Numbered from the whole stretch's first letter, positions 1 to 13,330 are shown. The stretch: 63,393 nt of DNA, filler included, from Octopus bimaculoides (GCF_001194135.2; 6 parts of 6 records of this genome joined end to end with filler, not necessarily neighbours in it); one strand, 5' to 3'. Notes: a model not told the origin generated them from the letters alone. Translations and numbers: made by a program.

Positions 1-489
1 GAGAGCTGGTCCCTCTATTGGGTCGACATACGGCAGGCTCTCTTTCTCCCATTCATTCTCTTTATTAAGCAATCTATTGTAGTGGCATCTCCAGACCTCT
101 TTCTTTTCATCCTCATTTAATGCAAGCGTACCATCATCCATGCGAACACATTTCTCTCCTACAACATCACTATTCTCTCTCCTACACTGTCTTGCAACAC
201 GAAATACCTCGAGTCTTTGGTCCTCACGGCGCAGAACATTGGCAAATCTTTCCTTATTTGCTTCCCCTCTGGCTAAATAAATCTGTCGCCTAGCCTCCCT
301 TCTGGCACATGAGTAACAATAAAATTTTAATAGAGAAGAAATGCTCAAATTATTGGATTATCTATCAGTTGAACTTAATGCACAAAAGACAGGTGTACCA
401 TAAAGGTAAAACAGAACAACATACTGGAGTTTGTCTTTGAAGACAACTAGGGTATGAAATACATGCCATCATCCAAATGAAATAAATTC

Positions 490-2935
490 ACATCATCATC
501 ATTTAACATCCATTGTACATGCTGGCATGGGTTGGATGGTTTGACCAGGGCCGGCAAGCTGAGGGGCTGCACCAAACTTCTGTCTGATTTGGCATGGTTT
601 CTATGGCTGAATGCCCTTCGCTAATGCCAACCATTCCAAGAGTGTAATAGGCACTTTTACATGCCACTAGCATAGGTGCCAATTGTATGACATCAGTATC
701 TGCCACAACGATGATTTCACTTGGCTTGATGGGTTTTCTACTCAAGCACGGCATAGTGCTGAAGGTCTTGGTCATTTGTCATTGCCTCAGTGAGGCCCAA
801 TACTCAAAAGGTGCTTTTTATGCATCACTAGCACAGGGGCTAGTTCTGTGATACTGGCAATGGCCACATTGCCTCCACGAGGCCCAAAGCTTGAAAGGTA
901 CTTTTTATGTGCCACCAGCATGGGTGCCAGTTATGTGACACTGGCATCGGTCACGACTATGATTTCACTTGGCTTGACAGTTCTTCTGAAGCATAGCATA
1001 TCGCCAAGGTCTTGGTCACTAGTCATTGCCTCTGTGAGGCCCAATGTTCAAAGATCATACTTCATCACCTCATCCCATGTCTTCCTGGGTCTACTTCTTC
1101 CACAGATTCCCTCTACAGTTAGAGTTTGGCACTTCATTACACACACCTGTCTTCGTCCATATGCATCACATGATCTTACCAGTGCAGTCGTCACTCTGGC
1201 ACACCACATCTGATGCTTCTTATGCCCAACTTTTCTCTCAAGATAATAATAATAACAGAAGCTATCAACTACCTCTAGCTTATCCCACTGGCATTTCATG
1301 GAGTCTATTTTCTGTACATTTTTAGAGATTATTATACCTGTGCACTTTCCACACACACAAACTATTTTTCCAGTTAACTTTCCTGATATTCCTGCACCTC
1401 TTATGTGTCCATAGCTAGCACCGGGTACATCCGCCTTAAATTCCTCTGTTATTGCCTGGAGAACTATGATGAACAAGAGGAGCCTGAGCACTGATCCTTG
1501 GTGAACCCCTACTTGTATCCTGAATTCATTGCCATACTTGTTGCCAACCCTCTCCATACTGACTGCATCCCTATAGTTTGTACAGTTCTCAACAACCACT
1601 TGTCTATCCCTAGTTTCTGTATTGAGCACCAGATAAGGGAGCAGGGGACTTTGTCAAAGGCTTTCTCCATGTCAACAAGCGCCAAGTACAGAGGTTTATC
1701 ATTGGCTAGGTGTTTCTCCTGCAGTTGTCTTACCAGAAATATAGCATCTGTGGTGCTTCTCCCTGACACAAAACCAAACTGCATCTCATCAAGGTTAACT
1801 CTCTCCCTAATTATTTGGGCTATGACCCTCTCTGTAACTTTCATCAGCTGATCCAACAATTTGATACCGCTGTAATTATTTCTAAGGCATCACCTTTACC
1901 TTTGTTGTAGCTGACTATGGTGCTGCTGCACCAGTCATTGGGTATGACTCCTTTGTGTACTACCTGATTAACTATACAGGTGACTAGACCATAACCTACA
2001 CCACCAGATATTCTAAGCATCTCAGCAGTTATTCCAGATGGGTCAGGGGATTTCCCTGTCTTCATATCCTTCATGGCTTTGTCTACAACACTAGTCTATT
2101 CGGATTGCTGGTCCCTCTGTTAGATCAACATAACATTAGGCAGACTTTTCTTCTCCCATGAGTTCTCTACATTTAGTAGCTTTCCATAGTGGCACTTCCA
2201 AGTCTCTTTCTTTGCTGAGTCACTAACTGCAAGTGAACCATCATCATTCTCTCCCACAACATCACAATTTTCTTTGGCACACTGTCTTGCAAACCAAAAT
2301 ACTTCAAGCTGCTGGTCCTCACACTGCAGAACATTGGCAAATTTCCTTTCTGCTTCGCCCCTAGCTAAGTATACCTGCTTCCTAGGTTTCCTTCTAGTTG
2401 CCTTATATAGCACCTTGCTACCATCACCTTCCAGTACTTCTAAGCCTGTTTCTTTACTCTAATGGCTCTGTCATCTTAGGTCTGGTTGGGACTTTGCACC
2501 ACTGACAAATTTGGTCTGTGGCTCTCAGTAAGTTGTCTTGTAAGAACTTTCAGTTATCCCCCATATCGCTGGTCTGTAACTCCTCCTCCTGCTCATCAAA
2601 TGCTTTTCCAATGTAGCTTGCTTTTTGGGTTACTTTGTGTCTGCAGCTTGAAGTCACCAATGAGTAATCTACACTAAGGAGTACATTCTTCCCCAGGTAA
2701 GGCCTTTGCATTTAAGAGCAACCATGAATCCCTTTTTCTGGTGAGAATGTAGTCAATGTGGCCAGTATGGTCACTGGATTTATAGGTTATCAGGTGACTG
2801 GCTGGCCTTCTAATGTTGGTGTTGCATAACTGAACTCCAGCAACTCTGTTCCCTCCTTGTTTCAGGAACCAATTCCATGGTCCCCATGCACCCTATGAAA
2901 GACACCTGGGTGCTGCCCAGGTGAATCATCAATGT
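490..2935 (-). mobile_element. Decayed RTE-clade LINE (APE endonuclease C-terminus + RT + 3' UTR with (GAT)n tail)
   Basis: Minus-strand fragments: HIDYIL (APE, ~2740), KSPDPSGITAEML, QFGFVSGRSTTDAIF, LVDMEKAFDKVP, GVHQGSVL..LLFIIVLQ, GRSRPRKTWDEV. (CAT)n at ~490 is the 3' tail. Many frameshifts. Confidence 0.9.
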
Positions 2936-4235
2936 GCAAGGCCTTTCAGGAGCACTTCACACAGCTTTTCGGGGGAGTGGTGGACAAGATGGTAGGAGGG
3001 ACCTTGTAGACTTCCTCGCCAGGCTGCCATGCCTCTCAGGGCAGGATGCAGAGTCTTGTGAAGGGCCGATCACACCTGGGGAGGTAATTGAGGCTATGGC
3101 AGACTGTGGCATGGGTAAGTCACTGGGACTGGATGGTCTGCCCCATGAGCTGTAGAAGTGTATGCCTGACTTGTTCAGGCCCCTGCTGGCCAGCGTGTAC
3201 GTGAACTGGCAACAGAATGGATTCATCCCCAGATCTATGTGCTGGGGAGTGGTGACGCTGGTCAGAAAGGACCCAGAAATAAGAAACGTTAGCATGCCAA
3301 AAAAATAGCCCCTTGTGGGCAACAAAGAAATAAGAAAGGACCCAGACAAGGGGGATATTATAGATAATTTCAGGCCCATCATGGTGTTGAATGCAGAAGT
3401 GAAGATTTTGGCCAAGGTGTTAGCAAAAAGGTTGGCACATGTCATGGATGGTCTGGATAATCTCCACCTTTTCTGCTACGTGGGGCATTGGTACATTTAG
3501 ACTAATCAAAAGCTTTCGATAGTGTTGACCATCATTATCTGGTGAATGTTTCAGCGCAGTTTGGCCTGGGTCTTGGCTTTCTCAGGTGGATAATCGAATT
3601 GTATGATAACATTGACTCAATCGTTCGGGTGAATGGTTTTTTTATCAAGACCGTTCTGTATCAAACGCTCGGTTCGCCAAGGGTGCCTGCTCTCACCACT
3701 TTTGTACATGATGGCTATCAAGCTGTTGCTGCAAAGGCTGAGTGGCATCCTGAGAGAGCCAAGATGTGGAGAGTTTGTTTCAGCTTATGTGGATGACATT
3801 ACCATCAGCGTGACCAAAATAGAACACCTACAGGAGGTAGGCAAGGCTATTGAGGTTTACGAGACGGTGACAGAAGCAAAGATTAACAGGGAAAAATCGG
3901 TCAGCTTGCAACTCGGCACCTGGAAGAGCAAGTCGATGCCTTCAGACAGCGTCATAGGATGTTGGACGGAGGGACCAGCTAAGTTGCTAAGAGGTCTGGG
4001 TCTCCAGGTAGAGAAGAATTGGGCTGAGATTTCGAGCAGGGTGGCTTGCTTAGTCAAGACCTGGTCTTGGCGGTGGCTATCCCTGAAAGGGAGGGCAGAG
4101 GTGGCCAATGTGTTCATCACATTGGTCATTACCTACCGCCTAACTGTCATTCCTTGCCCAGATTCGTGGTTGACCAAGTTGGAAAGACAGCTCTTTCACT
4201 TTTTGTGGAGGGGCAGTGGTGAGTGTCAGTCAAAA
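2936..4235 (+). mobile_element. Decayed L1/Tx1-clade LINE reverse transcriptase fragment
   Basis: GLDGLP, NFRPIMVLNAEVKILAKVLAKRL, RSVRQGCLLSPLLY, SAYVDDIT, KINREKS, LSLKGRAEV; interrupted by stops and frameshifts. Confidence 0.85.
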
Positions 4236-4239
4236 TAGT

Positions 4240-4680
4240 GGTGTTGGAAAGGTAGGGGCAGGTGTGACAGCATGGGTGTGCAGGGGAAGGAACCAGGTTG
4301 GAAGGCACGAATAGGGAAGAAACTGTGAACCAGAAGGTTATGGGCGCATTTAAAGGAGGGAAGAGGTGGGTTAGGGAAGATGTGTAAGGTAGAGGAGTTG
4401 GACTGGAATTGATGGAAGCCTTGGAGAATGGTGTGTTGGAGGAGTAGGGTGGAGGGGTGGTAGATGAGGGGAAAAGGAGAGCGGGTAAGAGTGGGTGCAG
4501 AGAGAGAGCAGAGGTATGGTGAATGGATCATGCCTGGGCAAAGGCAGTGTGGATAATGGTGAAGGGATGTCCATGTAGGGTGAAATGACAAGCCAGGAGT
4601 TGAGATCGTGTCTCAATGTCATGGTCATCACTGTAGAGCTGGTGTAGATGGAGGAATTGAGAGTAGGGCCTATGATATAG
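4240..4680 (-). mobile_element. Penelope-like element RT thumb/linker remnant
   Basis: Reverse complement of 4560-4670 (ccctactctcaattcctccatctacacc...gaccatgacattgagacacgatctcaactc) aligns with the Penelope fragment at 61210-61320. Confidence 0.7.
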
Positions 4681-4884
4681 TAGAAGACTATATAGATATA
4701 AATACATGTATACATAAACATATATGCATACACATACATATATGCATACATATATATACAGAGTGCAATGAATAAATTGTTGTCTAAATTACACAAAAAT
4801 GAAAATAACACTGACATCTCATTTTAACAGATACATTTACCAAAATTACATAAAAATATCTTGAAATACTAAACAGTAAATTTA

Positions 4885-5900
4885 TACAATAAAATCTCCA
4901 TTGGCTTCAACAACAGCCTCCAGACAACTTTGGAATCTCCTGCAACTCTTCTGGACAGTCTCCTTGTTTAAATTGGTGAATGCTACCATAATCCTTGCCT
5001 TCAGTTCATCTTTGGTGTTACAAGGAGTTTTGTTGGTCTCATGCTCAACTGTGCCCCATACATAATAATCAAGGAGGTTGCAGTCTGGTGAGTTAGGTGA
5101 CCAGAAGTTAGGGGTGATGTGGTTGCAGAAATTGTTTGACAGTCGTGACTGGGTTCTCCTGCTTGTGTGGCATAGTGCAGAGGCCTGTTGCCAGACATAG
5201 GGTCTTCCAGCAGCCACCCCTTGACCAGGGCAGCACTACCTCCTCCAGGCATTTGGTGTAGGCCTCTGTGTTGCATCTGAGGCTGTGTGGGAAGATGAAT
5301 GGTGGCATAACATTGTTATCACTAATGATTACTTCAAACACCATGATGTTGACTGGATGTTTGACTTTTATCACTATTGGTACATGTTTTGGGGACACGG
5401 CAAGCCAACGGTTGTTTTATATGCTCACCATCTGATCCTGGCAAAAATTTCCTCATCTGAGAAAAACCAAAGCATGTTTGGTTGAAGGTGATACTTGAGT
5501 TTGTTCAAAAACTTCATAGCACAGTCTTTCCTCTTGTCCTTGATGTCTTGGGATAAAAATTGGCCCTTTTTCATATTGTATGAGGAATACTGAATGTCTT
5601 CATACACTACCTGCCTATAAGAAACTCAGACGCTCACATGTCCCTGGTGATGGAGGGATTGTTGTCAATCATGGCCTAGACCTCACCAACAAATTCAGGA
5701 GTTCTTTTCTTATCAGAACAATCAGAGTGAGTTTTCTAAACTGCCATACCATCGTAATCACCATTAGACTCATCCAACTCTTTTCAAATCCTCTGCACTG
5801 TCCTCAGATTGAAGCTCAAACACTCTGAAATGTTTGTATTGGAGCTTCTAGCACAAATGCCGAGCAGCACAGCATGTCATTTCCAAATTCCTGGCAGAGT
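4885..5900 (-). mobile_element. Decayed Tc1/mariner (maT-like) transposase
   Basis: WFFSDE, YVWQQASALCHTS (QQD.APCH), FWSPNSPDCNLLDYYVWG, RFQSCLEAVVEANGDFI across shifted frames. Confidence 0.85.
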
Positions 5901-6039
5901 GAATTACATCATAGTGCTGTTTTTCTCACAGATGGTGCCCAACTGACCCTACAATACTGTGTACTCAACAAAATCAAAAACAAACAATGCACATGCATGA
6001 AATTATAAATATAAAATGACAACAATTTACCCATCGCAA

Positions 6040-6072
<33 letters not shown>

Positions 6073-6076
<4 letters not shown>

Positions 6077-6258
6077 GTAAAAGCACCCACTACACTCTCT
6101 GAGTGGTTGGCGTTAGGAAGGGCATCCAGCTGTAGAAACTCTGCCAAATTAGACTGGAGCCTGGTGTTGCCATCCGGTTTCACCAGTCCTCAGTCAAATC
6201 GTCCAACCCATGCTAGCATGGAAAGCGGACGTTAAACGATGATGATGATGATGATGAT
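6073..6258 (+). mobile_element. RTE 3'-tail-related short interspersed repeat
   Basis: Homologous to 490-700 and ~57060-57170; ends in a (GAT)n tail. Confidence 0.7.
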
Positions 6259-6429
6259 ATATATATATATATTATTATACGTATTTATTTTCTCTTAGTT
6301 AATAATTAACTCTGACAAAATAAATTTGTTAATAGATACCAGGGTAGCAAAGATTACAAAATGACTGTGGTGTAACTCCTGTTTATGAGGTAGAAACTCC
6401 CTGTTATTTTGGGTAATTGAGTAAATATA

Positions 6430-7512
6430 AAAATTTAATAAATGGAGTAATACACATATGTTAAATGAATTCTTTTATTTCCAACATATGTTTCGAAGAT
6501 TACAAATGGTTCCTTCCAAAGGAATAAGTGATGTTGATAAAGATGTAATCTTTTCTTCAGGGAAATACATAGGAACCAGCTTAACCGTAAGACATTTTAA
6601 CCGAATGTGATAACTGTAGGTAGAGAAGATTGCTACGCAATTTATTTGAAAAAAACGTTGGAGGTTGCAACGCTATGAGACAAGGAGGGAAGGAAAAGAA
6701 GGAATTTAGAATTTAGAATGGGAAGTCAATAAGATGATTTAAACCCGATAAAAATGGGAGAAGAATGTTTTATGTATAATGGGACCGCAAATGGGAATTA
6801 ATCTTGTATTTATACATGCAGTGTTGACATAAATGCCTATAAGTATATATATATATATCTATATACACAAGTTCATATATATATATACATATATATGCGT
6901 ACACATATATATATACATACACACACATGCACACATATATACACACACATACACATACATAGACACAAACATGCATATACATACATTTGTACGCATATAC
7001 ACACGGTAGTCGTGTGGTGATGAATATTAAAGCAGTGCTATATGTATAGGAAAATGATGCTTATATTAACTAGTAAGATATTAAGTGATTGACAATATAT
7101 AAAGGTGATGGGTGGTCTATTAATCTAAAGAGATAGATTGTGTTGTTAAGTTAGATGGAAATTAGAAGGGGCAAAAAAGAGGGGGGGGGTTAAAGGAGTA
7201 ATAATAAGTTAATATTATTACCAAAGTTTACTTCGAAAATCACGTTCTATATTTGTTGGTGCAAGGGTTTTCCAATAGATAAAATAAATTTTATGTGGTG
7301 CAGTATTTTATACATCATAAAGCAGAGAAAAGAAAATATTTATATGTTTTGAATTCATCTTACGATGAACGTAAACAAATGAACTAAGATTGCTTTCATC
7401 TTTATCAACATCACTTATTCCTTTGGAAGGAACCATTTGTAATCTTCAAAACATATGTTGGAAATAAAAGAATTCATTTAACATATGCGTATTACTCCAT
7501 TTATTAAATTTA
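6430..7512. mobile_element. Element A: non-coding element bounded by ~115-bp inverted repeats (probably Penelope-derived)
   Basis: 6430-6545 is the reverse complement of 7397-7512 with few mismatches. The left arm overlaps a hammerhead motif. The interior 7005-7397 recurs at 28725-29140. Confidence 0.75.
6478..6565 (-). ncRNA. Minimal type I hammerhead ribozyme motif
   Basis: Minus strand: UUUCC-CUGAAGA-a-AAGAUUACA..(long loop)..UGUAAUCUU-c-GAAAC-AUAU-GUU-GGAAA. Stem I 5 bp, stem II 9 bp, palindromic helix III ACAUAUGU. Confidence 0.75.
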
Positions 7513-8281
7513 TATATATATATATGCACATATATACTCCACCACAAAGTATATATACATATATATTTATATATACCAATATNNNNNNNNNNNNNNNNNN
7601 NNNNNNNNNNNNNNNNNNNNNNNNNNNNNNNNNNNNNNNNNNNNNNNNNNNNNNNNNNNNNNNNNNNNNNNNNNNNNNNNNNNNNNNNNNNNNNNNNNNN
7701 NNNNNNNNNNNNNNNNNNNNNNNNNNNNNNNNNNNNNNNNNNNNNNNNNNNNNNNNNNNNNNNNNNNNNNNNNNNNNNNNNNNNNNNNNNNNNNNNNNNN
7801 NNNNNNNNNNNNNNNNNNNNNNNNNNNNNNNNNNNNNNNNNNNNNNNNNNNNNNNNNNNNNNNNNNNNNNNNNNNNNNNNNNNNNNNNNNNNNNNNNNNN
7901 NNNNNNNNNNNNNNNNNNNNNNNNNNNNNNNNNNNNNNNNNNNNNNNNNNNNNNNNNNNNNNNNNNNNNNNNNNNNNNNNNNNNNNNNNNNNNNNNNNNN
8001 NNNNNNNNNNNNNNNNNNNNNNNNNNNNNNNNNNNNNNNNNNNNNNNNNNNNNNNNNNNNNNNNNNNNNNNNNNNNNNNNNNNNNNNNNNNNNNNNNNNN
8101 NNNNNNNNNNNNNNNNNNNNNNNNNNNNNNNNNNNNNNNNNNNNNNNNNNNNNNNNNNNNNNNNNNNNNNNNNNNNNNNNNNNNNNNNNNNNNNNNNNNN
8201 NNNNNNNNNNNNNNNNNNNNNNNNNNNNNNNNNNNNNNNNNNNACATATATACATACATACATATATACATACATACATAT

Positions 8282-8351
<70 letters not shown>

Positions 8352-8567
8352 AGTATGGGGATTTAGTACACAGGTGATCTAAATGATTAGGTATGCTAGG
8401 TAAGTGCTGTAACAGATTACAGCCAAGATTATAGCTGAGATGGCAGTTATGGAGCCATTGCAGATTTCCAATGCAGCTGATATATAATTGTTAAACAGGA
8501 CAGTAAACATTAAGGCGAGGCAAACATTTCGAGTCATATACAGTATTATTTTAGGAAGAAATTCAAA

Positions 8568-8623
8568 ATCTTACAGCTGTTTCTGGGATATCCCTGAGTA
8601 TGGGATATTCCATCATCAGAGAC
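8568..8623 (-). ncRNA. Minimal type I hammerhead ribozyme motif
   Basis: Minus strand: GUCU-CUGAUGA-UGGAAUAUCC..GGAUAUCCCA-GAAAC-AGCU-GUA-AGAU; intact core and palindromic helix III ACAGCUGU. Confidence 0.8.
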
Positions 8624-9452
8624 AAAGAGGGAAAGTGATCATTATGATCATTAACACATACCCCTTCTATATCTCTATAACTCTTATTTCTACCTTATGT
8701 CTTACCTCATCACACTATGAGATAAATATTCTTTAATTTATTTTTAAACCTTAACCCAATAAATCCCCTAATATAAACCCCCTAACTCTAACTCCCACTA
8801 ACATTCAACTAGCTCTTCCTTTCTCGGTTACCTACATACCCGCAACCTCATTGCTAAAAATAACTCTACAGCCTCTGACCTTAGCCAGAATGGACACAAG
8901 CAATTACTACTAAATTTCCTCCCCCAACAACTTTAGACTTTGAGACTACCAGACATCTACTACTCTTTTTACATTCCTTTCATTTTGCTCTATTTTTTTA
9001 CCCTATCTTCCTCTACCTCCTCATCCTCGGCTACACCATACACCTATGTACCTTACTTTATCCTATAGCCAATCCTGAAAATCTCCACACCTCACTCTAT
9101 CTACCTCCTTTTCTATTTTTTTTCTTTTATTTACTTTTACCACTTAATAGCCACCTCCCCTGCCATTCTGTTATTGAATGTTGATATGTTTGTGTCTTTT
9201 TTCTTGGAATGTCTACTATATCTGGATTTTAACCCAGATAGTTATATGCAGGATTACACTTAAGGAATTATGTTCATAGATCTATGCAGGATTGCACTTA
9301 AGGACTCATGCTCTGGTTTCTATAACTTTGGAAGGTTGAACTATGAACTTTTATGCTTCTTTTTTCTTCTTTTTTTTCATCTCCTTATTCTTTTTCTCCC
9401 TTCCTCTATGTCATAATCTTATTAATATCTACCATTCTCATTTTCCCTATTT

Positions 9453-9508
9453 GTCTCTGATGATGGAATATCCCATACTCGGGGATATCCCAGAAACAGC
9501 TGTAAGAT
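9453..9508 (+). ncRNA. Minimal type I hammerhead ribozyme motif
   Basis: CTGATGA 9457-9463, stem II tggaatatcc/ggatatccca, GAAAC 9493-9497, AGCT, GTA 9502-9504 (predicted cut after 9504), stem I gtct/agat. Confidence 0.8.
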
Positions 9509-9945
9509 TTTGAATTTCTTCCTATAATAATATTGTATATGACTTGAAATGTTTACCATGCCTTTATGTTTGCTGTCCTGTTTAACAACTATATGTATAT
9601 ATACACATTATGTGAACAATAATATTTTGAAAACAAAAGTGTTTAATATTTAATTTCATATATATAATTGTGTGTAGGTGTGTGTGTGTGTGTATGAGTG
9701 AGAGGGAGAGAGAAACTGATAAAGTAAATACAACTCATGATAAAAATTTTGAGTTTATTTTGATTACAATATAGTCTTTGGAGCAAAGCCTTTAAATGCT
9801 GTTGCCTGCTTTAGCATCTGTCATTGTCAACTCACTCTCGTTGTTTGTTGTTTTACTCTTCCTTTCCTGCAAGTGTGACAGACAAGATACACACTGCATT
9901 TTTTATTTGTAAGATATAATATTGAGTTGTGTCTGGGGACAGTCA

Positions 9946-10555
9946 TTCTCTTTTAGTGCCTTATTATTTAACACACTCACCAGTAAAGTTTCCATTCATT
10001 TACTTATTTATTTTTCCTAAAATTTATGTTGCGTCTTGCAACCTTTTCAATAGTTGTTGACACGGTCCATTATCCGAGCTGAGTTCTTTTTGTTTGTTTG
10101 TGCGCATGTGTGTGTGTGTGTGTGTGCATACACATATATGTATGCATGCAAGTGTGTGTATGCATGTGTGTGTGCGTATGTATGTATGTATGTATGTGTC
10201 TACATTTGTATGTATGTTTGCATGTGTGTGTGTGTGTACCTCTGTCTCCTTGTGTGTGCATGCCTGAGTGTGTCTGTGTGTGTATGGGTTTTGTGAGTAT
10301 GTACTGTGTCTGTATGTCTATCTGTTTACATTCAGATCCATTTGCCTACATACATGTGCGTATACATACACACACACACGTCTACATAACAACCTTCTCT
10401 TTTAGTGCCTTATTATTTAACACTCACCGGTAAAGTTTTCCACTCATTTATTTATTTTTCCTAAAATTTTTGTTGAGTCTTGCAACCTTTTCAATAGCTA
10501 GTGAGTGTTTTAAATAATAAGGCATAAAAGAGAATGACTTTCCCTAGACACAACA
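9946..10555. repeat. Duplicated ~105-bp repeat end plus an inverted partial copy, flanking a microsatellite
   Basis: 9946-10052 matches 10395-10498 (direct). About 10499-10540 is an inverted copy of the repeat start (ttaaataataaggcataaaagagaatgact). Confidence 0.6.
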
Positions 10556-11134
10556 AAATATGCTTCAACATACGAACTCACATAAAAAAATCTTGCAAAC
10601 CAAATCCCAAAACAAAATATTATATTGAGTTTTGAATGTAGGATTTCAGAAAGTGCACAAGGAAAATAATTGTAGAATAACACTTTTTAATAAGGTTGAA
10701 ATGCAAAAGCATTTCCAAAAATACATTTTTGAATACTTTAAAACAAATGAAGTATTCTGATTTTTTTTTTTTTTCGTGCATAGTTAATTTTACTAATTAT
10801 TTTTTTGTGAAGTTAAAGAATAAATAAAAGCTTATTAATAATTCTTGGTTTCTTTTTCCCCTTTCTGTGTGCCAAAGATAAAAAACATAATTAGAGTTAA
10901 TTAAATATTGAATAACCTTATGACTTACCAATTCCAATTTTGAAATTTGTCCCAGAGATTCTAACATTTTTGTAAATTATGAACAAATTATTTTTTCAGC
11001 TAGATTCACAAAATTAGTCAATTTCATACTGTAGTTTATATAGCTGTAAGCCCATATTCTGTACTCAGGATTTGATATGCTAAGGTAATAGACTTCATTC
11101 ATATAAAGTACATAATAAAAGAAAAAAAACAAAC

Positions 11135-11225
11135 CTGTCCACAAAATTCTTTTACTGTTCTGTGACCTTCAACAAAATTACTAAAAAAATCTTCATGTCT
11201 CTGTAAGTAACCAGATGCTAACAAC
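11135..11225 (-). CDS. OTUB1: Otubain (OTUB1-like) deubiquitinase, internal exon
   Basis: ctgtAG acceptor and GTTTGT donor; 91 nt, phase 2->0; (R)LLASGYLQRHEDFFSNFVEGHRTVKEFCGQ resembles human RLLTSGYLQRESKFFEHFIEGGRTVKEFCQQ (from memory). Confidence 0.92.
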
Positions 11226-11538
11226 CTACAGAGAAATAGAGAAAATTAAACAACGATAGTAAATTGAAACAGCTGCATGCATCTGTGTGTGTATAGATAT
11301 GCACAACACATTTTAGTAGAGTACATATTAACTTTTACAAGGAAAAGGTTGATAGTGACTTAAATTTTAGCTTAGTTGCTTTCAAAACTTCAAAGTCACT
11401 GTCAACCTTTTCAGTGCGAAAGTTAATATGTACTCATTAGAGAGTATTGAGTAATCCTTCAGTTTAATGATAAATTGTTTTTTCATCTAACTTAACATAA
11501 AAGCAAACATCATCATCATTTTTATATTTTTACACACG

Positions 11539-11589
<51 letters not shown>

Positions 11590-12720
11590 ATATAATATAA
11601 TATAACTGTTTTAATTCATGGGTGCATAGGACATATCAATCTCATCAGATATTTAAAGAGAATGGAGATTTTGAAAGACATTCAAAACAGCCTCTAGGTG
11701 TTTAAGCCTCTATTGGTTAGCTGCAGTCACATGATTGTAATGCCATCAATTATTTTCTTTACTTTTAGGTCCATGTGTTGCATGGACCTAAAATGTTGGC
11801 AGGATGCTAGTATCACCTTGGTAGTAAACTGGAAATAGTGTCTTGTAAAGCCATCAGATGGTTTAAGGGTGGCTCTATAAACTACAACCTTCAAGAAACA
11901 GGAATCTTCCAGTGGACAGTTGGTAGGATTTCAAAAGTTACAGGAAGGGATGTGGGATGGGGGCTGTAGTGTGTGATGTTTGAAGCAATATTATCTAAAC
12001 ATGAGTATCTAACCTTGACTTCAGACGAACATGCTATATTGATGAGAGCTAATAAGACTAAAACATATTACCTTGCCAACTAACAAAGATTTTTACCCCT
12101 AGGTTTTAGTTTCTTTTTCAAAACTAAAAGGTAAATTTCAATTCATTAAGAATTTTTTTGCATAAGTCTCTCAGTATATCAGCACTTAAATTAATGCCAT
12201 TGTCTTACTTTGGTTTATTTTCTTCAGTTCATCTTTTTAAGTATATCTTTTTATTATTATTACTAGCTAGACTCATGGAAATTTCCATTTTTACAGTCAA
12301 TATATAAATCTATATATTTTGCTAATGAGGTTTCATTATATTAAAGATTTTCATAACAATAATGGACAAGAGGTTTATCATTGAAATATTAGGATTTAGA
12401 TAACTTATAGTGTTAGTAAATACATAGATGCAAAGTCCCAAATTTCAGGAAAGGGAACAGTTGATTATATTGACCCTAGAACTGGAAAGCTGAAAAGCAA
12501 AATTAACTTCAGCAAGATTTGAATTCAGAGTTGAAACAAATATTGCAAGGCATTTTGTCTAACGTATTAATAATTCTGTCAATCCATTGCCTACCAATAT
12601 CATAAATATACTCATCATTATATTTTCGCCTCACAGTAACATTTGTTAGCTCTTACACCACCATTGCTATCTGATTACAACAGATAAGAACTAAAAGATA
12701 ATAGTTTGAATGAAACAAGT

Positions 12721-13330
12721 ATTTGCATAGTTATTCTTAATACATTCCAGCAGATTCAATCATAAATATGCTAGTCGATGTTGTGTACATCATAACAACT
12801 CCTTTTATGACAACATGTGCATGACACATCCAACTCATTAATGCAAAGGATTCTGAGACACCAGTGTTTTGACATATTGTGTCTTGTTAGCTGATATCTG
12901 CCGGCTAATAAAAAAAATTGTCATTGTAAAAGAGAGGATTTTTTTCCTGTGATATACCCAACATCAACTGGATATTCAAGTTCAAATCTGCTGGAATGTA
13001 TTAAGAACAAAATATGCAAACCACCACATCAATTCTCACTGTACAAACTGCATATAATGATTTTTTAACAGTTGGCAGATACCAGCATCAGCAAACAGTT
13101 TCTTTTCTGAAATTATAAACAAAGCTAGTGACTTGTTCAGGCTCAAAGGTCTGGTACTTCTAGTTGATGGGACACAACATGTCAAAATGTCAGCGTTCCA
13201 GAATCCTGTGCATCAATGAGCCGTGCTATCATAAAAAGAGAGAAGTCATTCTCTTGTGACGTACACACAACAGCAATTAGCATATTTGTGTTTGAATCTG
13301 CCAGAACACATTAAGAATAAATATGCAAAT
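12721..13330. mobile_element. Foldback/MITE-like element with ~160-bp inverted arms
   Basis: 12721-12883 approximates the reverse complement of 13171-13330. A partial third terminal copy lies at 12984-13020. Confidence 0.6.

Larger units (their letters stand above)
8488..9588. mobile_element. Element B: non-coding element bounded by ~140-bp inverted repeats, each with a hammerhead motif
   Basis: 8488-8627 is the reverse complement of 9450-9588 (about 10 mismatches). Pyrimidine-rich interior with no ORF. Confidence 0.8.

Noticed and set aside
7446-8366. Long ORFs of X, YI, CV and HT residues (also at 24.9-27.5, 40.7-42, 44.3, 45.3, 46.4 and 62 kb)
   Set aside because: Artefacts of N gaps and dinucleotide or tetranucleotide microsatellites.
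10922-11010. Strong minus-strand donor (TTG|GTAAGT) near 10928 as the next OTUB1 exon
   Set aside because: Upstream sequence does not encode the expected EVEPM...HIHIIAL segment.
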